Assembly: GCA_965655095.1 (NCBI GenBank)
Contig: OZ296657.1
Location: forward strand, 32,550,001 to 32,614,000
Direction: 5' to 3'
Source: Haplodiscus bocki
Taxonomy: Eukaryota
DNA length: 64,000 nt
In this document: piece after piece, positions 47,190 to 58,541 of the stretch
Position numbering within the stretch: position 1 is the first letter of the stretch
How the letters are laid out: the number at the start of each line of letters is the position of its first letter
Notes under the pieces: model-generated
What the model was told of the DNA's origin: nothing
What the model saw: the letters and a program-made list of their open reading frames with translations, nothing else
Databases searched by the model: none
Program-made: the position numbers and the translations under genes

Positions 47190-50100
47190 AAAACACTTTA
47201 TTCTGGATGGGATTTGTTAACCATAACATAATATAAGTACTTATATCATGATTATATCCCATGAGTGGTGTAATGTTAAGTAAATGGTGATATAATTAAA
47301 TAATATAGTTATGTCAAGTTATCGAACTTGCCCTGCTCTATTTTAGCTACTTGAAGCGATAATCAATCCATTGTTTTTCTCCGTCCTCAGTTTCGTCCAA
47401 TGTGCTCTTGAATGACTGTATTTATTTCTTTCACTGTAAGAAATGTATATTTTCTGTTTTCAATTTTTTTAGGCGGGGTGTTCCGCATTTGGATTGCTCT
47501 TTTGAAAAAACATTTGTCCATTAATCTAGTGTTCGTATGCTGCCCGAAGTATAACAAGTTTGTTCCTTGTTGTTTCATCACCTGGGCAGTGGGTGTTTCG
47601 AGCTAACCAGCAAAAGCAGGAACAAATCCATTTTTCCATCGATAGAAAAAAGTTGATTTTTTCAGATCCAGTAAAAAACATTCTGGCAAGATGTTATGGT
47701 GATTCTTAAGATCAGATGATCTTTCATATTTGGTTCCATTGAAACGAGCTTTGATTCCGCAGTTCAGTTGTTTTCAAGAGTTGTTTTGAGGTTTTCTCTG
47801 ATATCGCCAATTGATATGCTGAATACTGTAGATGACTAATCACCAGAGCATTCAGAAGTAATAATATAATTTTCTCGGCGAAAATGCAAGTTGCACAATG
47901 CCCTAATTCCAAAGGCCATTTTGCGAAGAATTATTTTGATTTCATTCTTGAATATGACGTTTAAATCTAAGCACACACCAAGATGCTTGACACACGAGGA
48001 GGTTTCTATTATCTGGACCTTAACTTGTAGTTTAAGTGTTCAAATTTTTCGGTTTTTGATGGCTTAGAAAAATTTTCGAACTCGGTTTTTCTGCATTTAT
48101 TGTTAATTAGTGGGTTTCAAAAGACGTAACCAACTTTTGTTGCTGTCAAAATTAAGCAATAGAAGCAATAGAACAAAAGTATGTCATGTGAAATGGAGTT
48201 AAATGCTTTAAATAAGTCTAGTAAAGCTGCAACGACGAACCGATTTTGATCCCAAGATTTCCTAATGCTTTCAGTCGCATAAAGTAATGGATCGGTAGTA
48301 GAATATTTAGACCGAAAGCCGAACAGCATTTGGCTTAGATTATTTCTAACCGAGTATTCACTTATTTGTTGTCTTAGAATCTTTTCAAAAAGCTTTGCCA
48401 GTGCTGAGGTTATTGAAATTGGTCTATAATTATTCGCATTCTCAGGTTCCCTTTTTTGAAGATGGGAATAACAAAAGCTCGCTTGAGGTGGTTCGGAAAT
48501 TTTCCTTCTTGAATGAAAGTATTAACGAGATAACATAGAGCTTCTGCAATTTTATTTAATAGGTCTTTGAGCATCCATGCAGGAATATTTGACGGACCAA
48601 TAGATTTGTTAGAGTTTAAATTTTGGTTTCTTTTATTTGAAATATACTGATCGGTTGAAAGGTTAGTACAGATAATTTTCCGGGAAACTCTTCGTTCAGT
48701 TTCTATAGGGTCTTTTACCACAGTAGTCCCCGAGTTTTTCTAAACGATGTTCTAGGAAGTTTAAAATACGCTTAGGGTCGGTTATTAAATCACCAACGCT
48801 GCTCCTTGGAGGCTAGATATGTGAATTTAAGTTCGCTGTGCATTTCTGGCCTCATTAATGATATTTATGTTATCTGTTTCGGATGTTAAGTCTCGGAAAA
48901 ATTTCATCTGCTTACTCATTTTATCTGGGTTCAGGCTTTCAAGCAGTCTATTTTGATTCAACTTGTAATTTTCATCGTTCGGATTGCTGTTTTGGTCAAT
49001 CTGGTCGTAGATCTTTTTGGTCGCAGCTTTGACCGATTTTTCTTGAATAAGCAGCCTACTTTTATCATTGCGGATTTCAACTTTTCTCTTACTGATGTTG
49101 TGGTCTAGTGCTTTCTCTATATTTCTGACGGGACCTGTATACGTTCCTTTGGCACAGTTTTGAGCGTAAAAATCACCCAAGTGCCCCATAATAACAGATT
49201 GTTTGAAGCTGTCTGGGTTGCTTGTTTATTTGTCGAAAATCTCCACACGCGATTTTTTAGTTGTTTTCTTTTCCAATTTACTGATTGCGGAAATTGCTCG
49301 ATGGTCAACATCCGTCATGATTTTGGGTTTCAAGAGAGTGTATGAAATGTACGTTTCCAAAAAAAACTGGCATTTGGTACGTCCGTGCTTATGTAATCAA
49401 TCATTGACTCTAAAACCCCTTTACTTCTTGTGGGCTCCGTTTTGTTCAAAACATGCAGACCATATGGTGTCAATATTATCTCTAGGCTTTTGCGTTCCTT
49501 TCTGTTTAGAGAGTTGATGTTATAATCACCCACAAGAGTGGTGGGTTTTTTTTCCACGATTGCATTGTCAGGGCTAGTTGACAATCCTTCTGAGAACTCA
49601 CCAGTTAAAGATTTAATGGGATTGTAACTCACATTTGAGCTGCGTTCCACCAATATGATTGTTCTTTAGTTTGCATTTGACCCATAGGCTTTCGAATTTT
49701 TTGTTATTTATGTAAATGAGATCTTTTCTAACTTTAGATCGCAGAGAAGAGTGCTCTACTGGCATAATTCCGCCGCCGTGCTTTTTGGTTTCCTATCAAC
49801 TCTAAACGTTTTGAAATTCTTTCGATCAAATTGCCAAACACGTTCGTCGTCTGTTTCAAATAACCATGTTTCACAAATGCCAAGAATTGTATTCTCACTG
49901 AGATCAAGAAGCATATGTTCAATTTGGTGCTTTTTTTAGCTATACTTTTCCCGCTGATGACGAAAAACTTCAATTTTTTTGATCTTTTCTTGAAAATGTT
50001 TGACACAACTTTAAAAACATGGGGAGGTCCGGGATTTGTTTCGATATCACAAGATTTCATCAGTTTTTACTTTATGGAAATAAGGTTTGCTAACTTGATA

Positions 50101-51300
50101 GACAATCGGAATAAAGTTTCAACTCCTATTGTCCTTGAATGGCAAGGTGTTTTCAGTTTTTCAATTTGAACAAATTCGATGTTAGTCTTGACCCAAACTT
50201 CTAGGCTTTGTTTCTGATGCGGGAAGAAAAGAGGCCAGAACAATTAAAAACACAAAAATAAACTCATTTCAGTTCCCTGACTCATTTCAAATACGAAAGA
50301 ACTGACTAGTTTTCATTATCTGCCATTGTGTGCTCTTCGTTTCAAAGACTTCTTCTCTCAGTAAGGATAGTGGTTAATGGGTGTTGGTTGTGGTAGGTAA
50401 CATAGATGTTTAAGTTGGATCGATTTGCTACTGGGGTACGGTTTTGTCGTAGTAGTTATCATGCTCGTTTGATTGGCACAATCCATTTGATGTCGACATG
50501 AGTTGCGCTAGAATTTAGTTCTTCAACCAGGGGATTCCGTCTCGATAGTTTAGATGAGCTTTGTCATAATAAATCGAAATGTATTTTTTTGTTTGATCGT
50601 ATGTTCTTGAGTGCAACCACTTTTGAGAACGGTTTATACGCAATGTAGTCATTCAATAGGTTGTTGAAGTCACTGATGACATTCTTGTTCTGGGGTAGAT
50701 GCTTCAAGGAAATGATTTCGCAGAGAACAATATTTTCAGGACTGAATTTATCTACGAATTCTCAACCAGCTCTACATAATCAGCAAACATTTCATCAGAA
50801 GCTTTATTTGATGTCAGAACCGAGTTGGTAGCATCTTGCAAACTCGAAGTTTTCAGATAGCGCTAATCCTTCTGGCTCAGTATATTCATTTTCTCTTTAG
50901 TTGAAGACCCGCGGTAAGCATGGATAGCGGACTCGTCGGGGATATTGCGAACGTTTTCCAGTTTTTCAATAATGCTACTTCCAAAAACCAGATTTTCCGT
51001 TTCTTTTTTTTCAAGGGACTTCATGCCATGTCTATAACCTTCTCTGCTTTCAAAGGATTTTGAAAAGTTACCGGCTGTGAAGATTTGGACTGGTCCAGTT
51101 GAGATTCTGCCGACACAAGTTTCTGCGGAAGTCCCATCACCACATCCTGGATGACCTTGTCTTTTTCTTCCAATTTTCGATAAACTTCGAAATAAAGTTG
51201 GTATGCATTTGGCTTTGTAAGTTCCATGAAAGCTTTGTATGTAAGGGCCATCGGTGTCACTTATTTTTTTCTAAAAGATAGTATTATAATGTTCAAGTAA
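47190..51300 (-). mobile_element. Near full-length degraded CR1/L2-clade LINE (ORF1 with SGNH esterase-like domain; ORF2 with 2A-like motif, APE and RT)
   Basis: ORF1: coiled-coil-like segment, then LVFGSSII..HAYRGSST..LQDATN. ORF2: CDIETNPGP, GICETWL, VGDYNIN, PTRS..MIDYI, KSIGPSNIPAWMLK, VIPIFKKG, NYRPIS, FGFRSKYST, LLDLFKAFNSISHDIL. The central RT (QG/YADD) segment appears deleted; AATAAA near 47200 on the minus strand. Confidence 0.9.
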
Positions 51301-51989
51301 ATCGAGTGTTTAAAAGCTTTTGAATGTTGCACACTTCAGGGCAGAAGTTTTTAGAGTTGCATAATTTCGTAAGAAGTTTTTAGATCAGGAGCTAAACTTT
51401 TTAGTAAACAAGTAACAATATCACTCTCGAAAACAACAATTCTCAAAAGCGGGGAAGAGATTGATGTAACACCAGGTTTCTGAATGCTCAGGAGAGTCCA
51501 ACATTGTCTAAATTTTTTGGAGCATGTACCAGGCAATGGATGCAAATGCTGATGATCAAGTGATTGCGAATAATGCTTTATTGAAAGCCTTCCTTAAAGT
51601 ATAACATGTAGAGCTAGCCGGAAAAGTTGCGTGAATAGAACTTGGAGGATGTTTTCTGGAAGTTTTCCTTGTACTTACGAAAGACTGAACAGTTTGTTCG
51701 TGTGGACACTTACAATCGGGTCTGATTGATATATCAATTGGGGTATCTTAGGGGTCTCTTCTGGATCATTTCTTTTTCTTCCTTCTTATCCAGAATTGAC
51801 CAGAGACACCACAATTTTTTGAACCCCATGTGTGCCGACGGCCTTAAGCATCTGGGCCTTGTTTTAAAATGAAGCGCTGACCAAACAGGTCCTAGAAATC
51901 TTGAATAAATGGGTGAAAGATAATCTTTTGGAACTAGTTGAAGATAAATGTTTTTCCAGCTCAACTTAGAGGTACAACTGAAGGCCTGA

Positions 51990-52730
51990 ACATTGGGGAG
52001 AGTGAATTGCAGGTGACAGATAGTCTCACAGATCTCGGGTTCAAGATTCGCACATCACTGAGCTGGAGTGGTTATGTTGATTTGAGAGTCGAAAAGTAGC
52101 AAATTCGACTCTGGTCTCTTCGAAAGTCAAATTTGGAGTGTATAAATCACTCCCGATCCTCTTAATCCTCGCTTTTAATTCTGAGTGTCTCCATCTGACG
52201 ACCTGATTCACAAACTCGAGACATGTCAGAAAAAAAATTTGAAATAGATAGACTGTGGAGTGATCAGCACAATTGCTAAGAAAACTGAAAAAATAATGAT
52301 ATACCGCTTCCTATTTTCCACACGAAAATTCTTCCTTTATCAACAATCTTGCAAGCAAATGGGAACATCATCGCGATTGTTTCTCCCCGCATGAAATAAA
52401 ATTCGAAGTACCACCTCTCAACTCCAGGTACCAGGAAGTTTGCATCTTGATGAAAGTGGGGTTCGAAGCGAGGAAGACAGAGTTCAATCATCGCAGTGGA
52501 AGTTGTAAACGCTTTTCATAGATACGTGGACATGATGTATTTTAGTAGTCTAAGGGACAGAATAGTGCATTTCATGTTGGCATTCATGTCAAGAAAAGTT
52601 TCAGAATCAAAGCCTTGTACGTGGCAATTCCTGTGGCTGCCTCAATTTTAGACACGTGCAGACAATTTAACAGCAAGTCAATTTAAAAATCCCTCATAAA
52701 GGTGAGGAATCCGCAACAATAACAATATAC
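51990..52730 (+). mobile_element. LINE ORF2 3' fragment (CR1-like)
   Basis: DLGFKIRTSLSWSGYVDLRVEK resembles KDLGV..S..LSW..HV..KAN; CTWQFL-type tail followed by a hairpin and AAC/AAT repeats at ~52690-52725. Confidence 0.55.
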
Positions 52731-52749
52731 CGTTTTATACCTAAATCAT

Positions 52750-53900
52750 CTTGTACATCAGTCAATTTGTTGTGGCTTTCTAGCATCGTTAGAGAAGACG
52801 TTGTGATTGCTCCTCTCTTCTTGAGAACATCGTGCTCGAGTGTGTGCGGTAGGGGCAATCTTAGCGTAGCTGCGGTGTGCAGGAGTTTACGGAAACACAG
52901 CTATCTACATACGTTAGTTCTTACGGCTAATTATGAACCTCCTCCATTTAGATTCCTTGTATCGTGAGTTGTCAGAGCGGTATATTCGCAGACAGAGATT
53001 GTTCCAGTTCTTGAAGTATATTCCGTTGGCGACTTTGTGTGGTCTCTCAAACCTCACAAGATTTCTGGCAGTGATCTACAGACTATTCACTGTAGTCAAC
53101 TTTGTTTTTAATGATTAGTTCTTTCATCGTTGTGATCAAGTCTAACTTCATTTGAATAATTCGAAATTTTTCGCAGTACATCTAGAAGCTCTCTCCGTGT
53201 CTTCAAGCAAAGTCTCATGTATTCTTCTGTCAAATCAGTCGACCCGAAGATGTCTGTAGCTGCCAGCGCCGTTTGTTATCCAATACTTCTTGTTATCACG
53301 GGTAGAATGTCAATTTCAGATGGGAAGGTAACCAGAACTGTCCGATGTTTCGGTCTATCCCTCGTAACGTTACTGAGGCGCTTCAGTTCGGTGACTGCTG
53401 CAGTGATATCTGTCAAGGACAATGTCTTTGCGGTGACTTTCTCGTTGGTGCCGATCAGATGCTCATCACGCGTTTTCTTTGGACCGTCAGAGATCCCTCA
53501 AAAGCGAAGGCTTCGAGTTTTGATGTTTTCAAATTGATGCTGAAGAACGTTTGGAGAGTTTTTTTGAATTGAGTTATTTCTCAGTTTTTTTTGAGTCTTT
53601 TCGACAATACTTGCATAAACTTTTCTCGTTTTTCGCAAGTAGTTTCCATGGTTATCCCACTCCTCGCGTCGACAATCTTTGCCAGAGTTTCAGGCATTTT
53701 AGCAAGACTTTTTGTTCAGTTTTTGCTCGTTAATGTCAGTGATGAGATCACCTCGAGCTTTGTGGCTAAAGCAACAGAGATTCATAGTTCTATTACCCAA
53801 TTTTTTGAATACCGTGCAGTGCATCTCACAAAAAACCAGTACTTGTTGGAGTAATATGGAGCTGAAAGTCTCAATTCGAACTGTCGTATGTTGTTTCTAT
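52750..53900 (-). mobile_element. LINE 5' fragment: L1-type (Transposase_22-like) ORF1 and start of APE
   Basis: RSLRF*GISDGP...RPKHRTVLVTFPSE...IFGSTDLTEE resembles LINE ORF1 RRM/CTD motifs; YRSD...NGGGS.LAV resembles the APE YRxDR..GGGV motif. Confidence 0.5.
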
Positions 53901-55030
53901 CGGCAACGTACTTTTGTAGTTTTACCAGAATGAGACCTTCCTAAAGCTAACCTATTTGTAGCTTTCCTCATAGTAGAAGTGGTACTGTGGCGTGTCTTGT
54001 TTGGACGGTTTGAGTTTTTAGCTGAGCAGTTTTTTGATGCTCCTGAGGTGAAGTAAATTTTGTCTACAACTAGATGGTCGCTGTTGTTCATGTTTATATA
54101 CTTTGAGACTAGATGATAGACACACCCATTTCATTTTCTTTCAACCGTCTTGTTGATTCTCCTCACTCTCTTGATTTCCAAACCTCAGGAGGTTTCTCCT
54201 TTGGTTGCTCCTTTTTGTATTACAACAGTTCTTTATCATTTTGTTTCTTTAATAAGTTGATAAGCTTAACGCCTATAGATTTCTATTTTTTTCTCCGCAT
54301 CTTCGTGCTACTTCGGAAATCGATATAATGACTGGGCAACTGAGTGAAGCGCGATAAGTTCTAAGTATTTGCTTTCATCCATTTGTATTTATTTTCGGTA
54401 TTTACGATTCCAAAGGGTACTTTATTTCGCCTCGAATTGAATAGAAATCAATGAAAGTAAATAAATAAAGGAATTACCCGCTTCACTTTAGCGCTATTTA
54501 CGTCACTCTTCATTTTCAAGTACATGTAGTAATTGATTCAAATATTCTTAAATCATTTATTTCGCATCTTATTTTCTTGTTTTTTCAAAATTATCAGCCA
54601 ATTTTTGCTCAAATCCATGTTTGGTTATGCCAAATTCCTAGCGCTTAATATCTAGCATGCTTGATGCCTACGTTTTCCCATGTTTTTAGAAATTGAAATG
54701 ACATCGTAAAAAACCATAATACTGTTGATCCGAATCAAGGGGGAGGTGGTTATTGCTCACAGTCGGCTATAATAACAGGCGAAAATTCCGCATCACCATG
54801 ACAGAAGTAATAGATGGGGCCTAAATGAGACGGGTCCTAAATTCAGAATGTTACATCACCTTGTAATAACTTCAAAGCATACGTACATGTATAAAGAGGC
54901 TGAATCAGCTGGGTTAAAGGGTCCTAGTAAGAGGAGAAATGCTGGAAAAATTTTGCGAGACACCACTCGGGATCGTCCCGTTGAATAGAATCATGAGAAA
55001 ATCGGGAGAAATTGCTGTTTTCTTTTTCAG

Positions 55031-55226
55031 GCTTTTGCTATATCAACGATTGTGTGATTTCGATCTTGACTTTGAGGAAACGTTTTGACCGAATCCTTTA
55101 TGTTGACTTGGATGTCCATCATGGAGACGGAGTTGAAGAAGCTTTTTACTGCACCGACAAAGTGTTCACGCTTTCTTTCCATCGGTTCACCCCTGGACTG
55201 TTTTACCCAGGAAGCGGTGATAAAAG
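55031..55226 (+). CDS. HDAC8: HDAC8-like, coding exon 3
   Basis: Acceptor ttttcag at 55030 (phase 1, matches exon 2); [39 protein letters not shown]; donor AG|gttaat at 55227. Confidence 0.95.
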
Positions 55227-55529
55227 GTTAATGTTTCTATAATTCTATGAACAAACAATCAGAGATGGGTGGTTGCTTTTCGTCCAAGGCAAAGTTAGGT
55301 GCTAGTCTTCATATTTGTATTGACATACCAAAATACACATTCGAATTTACGGTAATTAATTTCTCTCCATTGTAATCTGAAGATCATTTGGGCGTCATCA
55401 ATCAATTCATTGCCACCTTTAGACAAAAGTTTCGGGTGTCCGAAAAAATGATTTTTCCAACCGCTCGACGAAATAAAAAGCTTTACTGAGGATACTTGAG
55501 AATGTTGTTTACCCAGAACTTAATTTTAG

Positions 55530-55743
55530 TCACATTGGAACGTACAAAGGAGTTAATCACTGTTTGAATGTCCCATTTGATGAGGGTCTTACTGACAATG
55601 CGTTTATTGAAATCAGCAAATCAATCATATCAAAAACAGTGAAATCTTTTCAACCCGATGCAATAGTTTGTCAATGTGGTGCTGATGCTTTGGCTCACGA
55701 CCCCGTGGAAGGCCTCAATTTGACAACCCGATCATACATTGTG
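55530..55743 (+). CDS. HDAC8: HDAC8-like, coding exon 4
   Basis: Acceptor ttttag at 55529 (phase 2); HIGTYKGVNHCLNVPFDEG..FQPDAIVCQCGADALAHDP..LNLT; donor at 55744. Confidence 0.93.
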
Positions 55744-56261
55744 GTAAAATAATTAATTATATTCATTTACACCGAAAAATAGTTGTTTGCGATTTCTGTC
55801 AAACTTTTTGGAATGGGATTCGTTCAAGTTTTTGTCTAGAATTTATATATATGTTTGAAAAATGTGTATTAGAAAACTAAGCCCTGAGGCTAACTTAGAA
55901 AACTAACTTCGAGGGTTGATTGGCCCGAGAGCTTTGCTCAAATGCCAGAGGGTTTATAGACTGAAGTTCAAATGTTTTTGGCAACGATATGGAACGGCAT
56001 GTGGAAAATATTCAGAGAAATTCCGGTCATACAAGCAACAAAACTCGAAACATTAGAGAGAATGTTAACATTGATAGTAGGCACAGGATTTGTCTCTCAA
56101 GATCGTTTTACAAACATTGAATTCGATTCTAAATAAGGTTTCCCCCAAAACCCCCCGAACTTATTACACTTTCGCAAAAAAGTATTACATCACAGTCTTC
56201 GAATTCTTTTTTCCGATCTGTTCACAACTCGCACAAGTTCCTAGATAATGACCAAGGACAT

Positions 56262-56335
56262 GAGGGAATTGCGTTGACTCGAACTTGGGACCGTTCGTGC
56301 CGCAGTCGCATCCTCTACGGACTATGCCATTCTCT
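56262..56335 (-). repeat. tRNA-derived SINE head / tRNA pseudogene
   Basis: Minus strand TGGCATAGTCCG (A-box-like) and AAGTTCGAGTC (B-box-like) at tRNA spacing; stems broken. Confidence 0.4.
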
Positions 56336-57092
56336 TGACAATCAGTGTTTCTATTTTTTATTCAAAATATCGAGCGAATGAAATAATATAGCGTTTCTCA
56401 CTTGTATATAAATGTGCAAATATTGACTGAGTTTCTGTACACTTATATTCGTCATATCGTGGCCCCTTCAAAAATCAGTTATATTTAGTCGATTTGTTCA
56501 CTAGTGTTCCGTTGGAGCAAGTACTGCGAAGCAGAGCTTCGCCCCTGTGTTGAAAAAATTACACAAAAATGTAATTAGAAAATAATTTATCTGACTTTCA
56601 ATTTTCATATATTGGCTCATTTTTTCTGTAGTTCCTATGTCGCTTCATTTAATTTTGGCAATCCTTTGCCAGGCAGTGTCTCGGTGGACTCTCTTAAAAG
56701 TAGCTGATTCACAGGCAATTTAATGCTTGAAATCAGTTCAAAAGTTTCAAAAAAGTGGCGGAAGTTTTGGAAAGTAATTTTGTTGAAAATCCGTATAATT
56801 TTCAAGGGGTTTTCAGCTTTAGGCTGGGTCTAAAACTTGGAGAAATTGCTTGCCCTGCTGAAAATTGGAAGCTCTACAACATTTTTCAGAAATTATTTTG
56901 ATCTGGCTTGTCTGTCAACTTTGTTGAAGATCGAAAGTTTAATCAATAAAACAAATTGCTTTAGAATGTAACTTCTGCAAAATTTGAGATCTAACCTCGA
57001 CTTGTTGGAACTTTAATTGAAGGTCCACATGGTTGCTAATTTAATTCAAATAGCTACACGATAACATTAAGGAATTAGTGAGTGAGTACATA

Positions 57093-57658
57093 CACTAGCC
57101 GACAAAAGTAACCGGCAAATCTCTATCAGTAAGAGTCGACATTCAAGTTCAATTTTTGTAGACCATTTTTCACTGTAGAAAAAACTCGTCGAAACAATAT
57201 CTCCTCAGAATTGAATTTGAAGTAGTTTTATTGGTGCTTTTTGTTGCGAAATGGTTGCGAAAGTTATGTTATCCTAATTTATACATGCAACTGACAATTT
57301 TTTGAAGTTTTCGTCAAAATATCATAACATAAAAAAAAATCGAGAACCTCTCTTGTGCTTTTTTTAGCTATGAATCTCCGAAACGTTTCTCTACTTTCGA
57401 GAAGCAAACTCCTGAGTAGCAGTGGAACAAAAACAGATTATTTGCTATATCTTAATACATGGGGAGTCGGATGTCAGTTCAGTTTTCGTTCCGCAGCTAC
57501 ACAGAAGTTTGTTTCTCGAGTGTTAAATTCAAATATTTTTGGATTATTTAATTTATACAAGACTTGTCTTTAAAAAGAATTTGTCTATCTAAATAGGATT
57601 TGAATATTGAATTGACTCTGACTTGAAATGGACTGACGGTTACTTTTGACGGCTAGTG
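57093..57658. mobile_element. Tc1/mariner-type MITE (566 bp) with 22-bp TIRs and TA target duplication
   Basis: Left end TA|CACTAGCCGACAAAAGTAACCG; right end CGGTTACTTTTGACGGCTAGTG|TA; one mismatch between TIRs; no coding capacity. Confidence 0.85.
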
Positions 57659-58069
57659 TATTGCTTTTTTTCCATATCATTCATTCTGTTCAAGCTGCCG
57701 ATTTATTTTTCGATCCAGATTTCAAAATGCAAAGATACCATTTTAAATCGTTCCGAAAAGGCAGCTGGTACCGTGCTATTCACTTTCGTTGACAATAAAA
57801 TTGAAAACAAAATGGACGCCATATAACTACATCTGTCGAATGTTTTTGTGTTGAATATTTTTTTAATAGAGAAGCTATACTCGAGCACATTCTGGCAATT
57901 TCAAGTTCCTCGTCAAACGATGATAGAAATGGCAACCGTTTGTGAAAGAAACGTCTTAAGTTATATTGCTCCCTTGACATCCACAAGTTACTGTGTTTGC
58001 GTTATACTGAAAAATGAAAGAAGGCAACATTTCACTAAGTATGTTTTTGTTAGCATCATTTTTATATAG

Positions 58070-58375
58070 GTCACGAAGTTAATCGCTTCATTTGGCAAAC
58101 CTGTGTTATTCATGGGAGGAGGTGGATACAACAGAAGTAACACTGCGAGATGTTGGACCTCGATACAAGCTGCAGTACTTGACCGATTACCTCTTGACGA
58201 AGATATTCCAGAACATGAGTTTTTCGACGAGTATGGGCCAACTTATGAATTAGAAATCAAACCGGAGAAAAAAGCCGATAAAAACAGTGCTCAGTATTTG
58301 CAATCCCTAGTTCAACACTGCGATGATGTGCTTTGGAAGATTGCTCCTAAGAATGATGTGAACGTTGCCGTTTGA
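58070..58375 (+). CDS. HDAC8: HDAC8-like, terminal coding exon
   Basis: Acceptor tatag at 58069 (phase 0); KPVLFMGGGGYNRSNTARCWT..LDEDIPEHEFFDEYGPTYELEI. The five exons total 1155 nt (384 aa) with consistent phases. Confidence 0.93.
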   Translation, partial: VTKLIASFGKPVLFMGGGGYNRSNTARCWTSIQAAVLDRLPLDEDIPEHEFFDEYGPTYELEIKPEKKADKNSAQYLQSLVQHCDDVLWKIAPKNDVNVAV

Positions 58376-58541
58376 AAGGCTTTTGTTTTTGCTTTCATTT
58401 GCTATTTTTGATCGACTATTTGTTTTCTTGGACTAACTTTCTTCACTAATTGTTTTCCTCTGAAATTAAACGGCCTTATGAAATAGATATGTTATTTTTT
58501 ATTACTTATTGTTGGTTTTTTTCCTTTGTTACAGATTGAAA

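Noticed and set aside
58509-58541. N-terminal extension MLVFFLCYRLK of the 1177-aa ORF
   Set aside because: Starts at TTG inside a polypyrimidine tract and acceptor; the UBL domain begins at ATG 58542.
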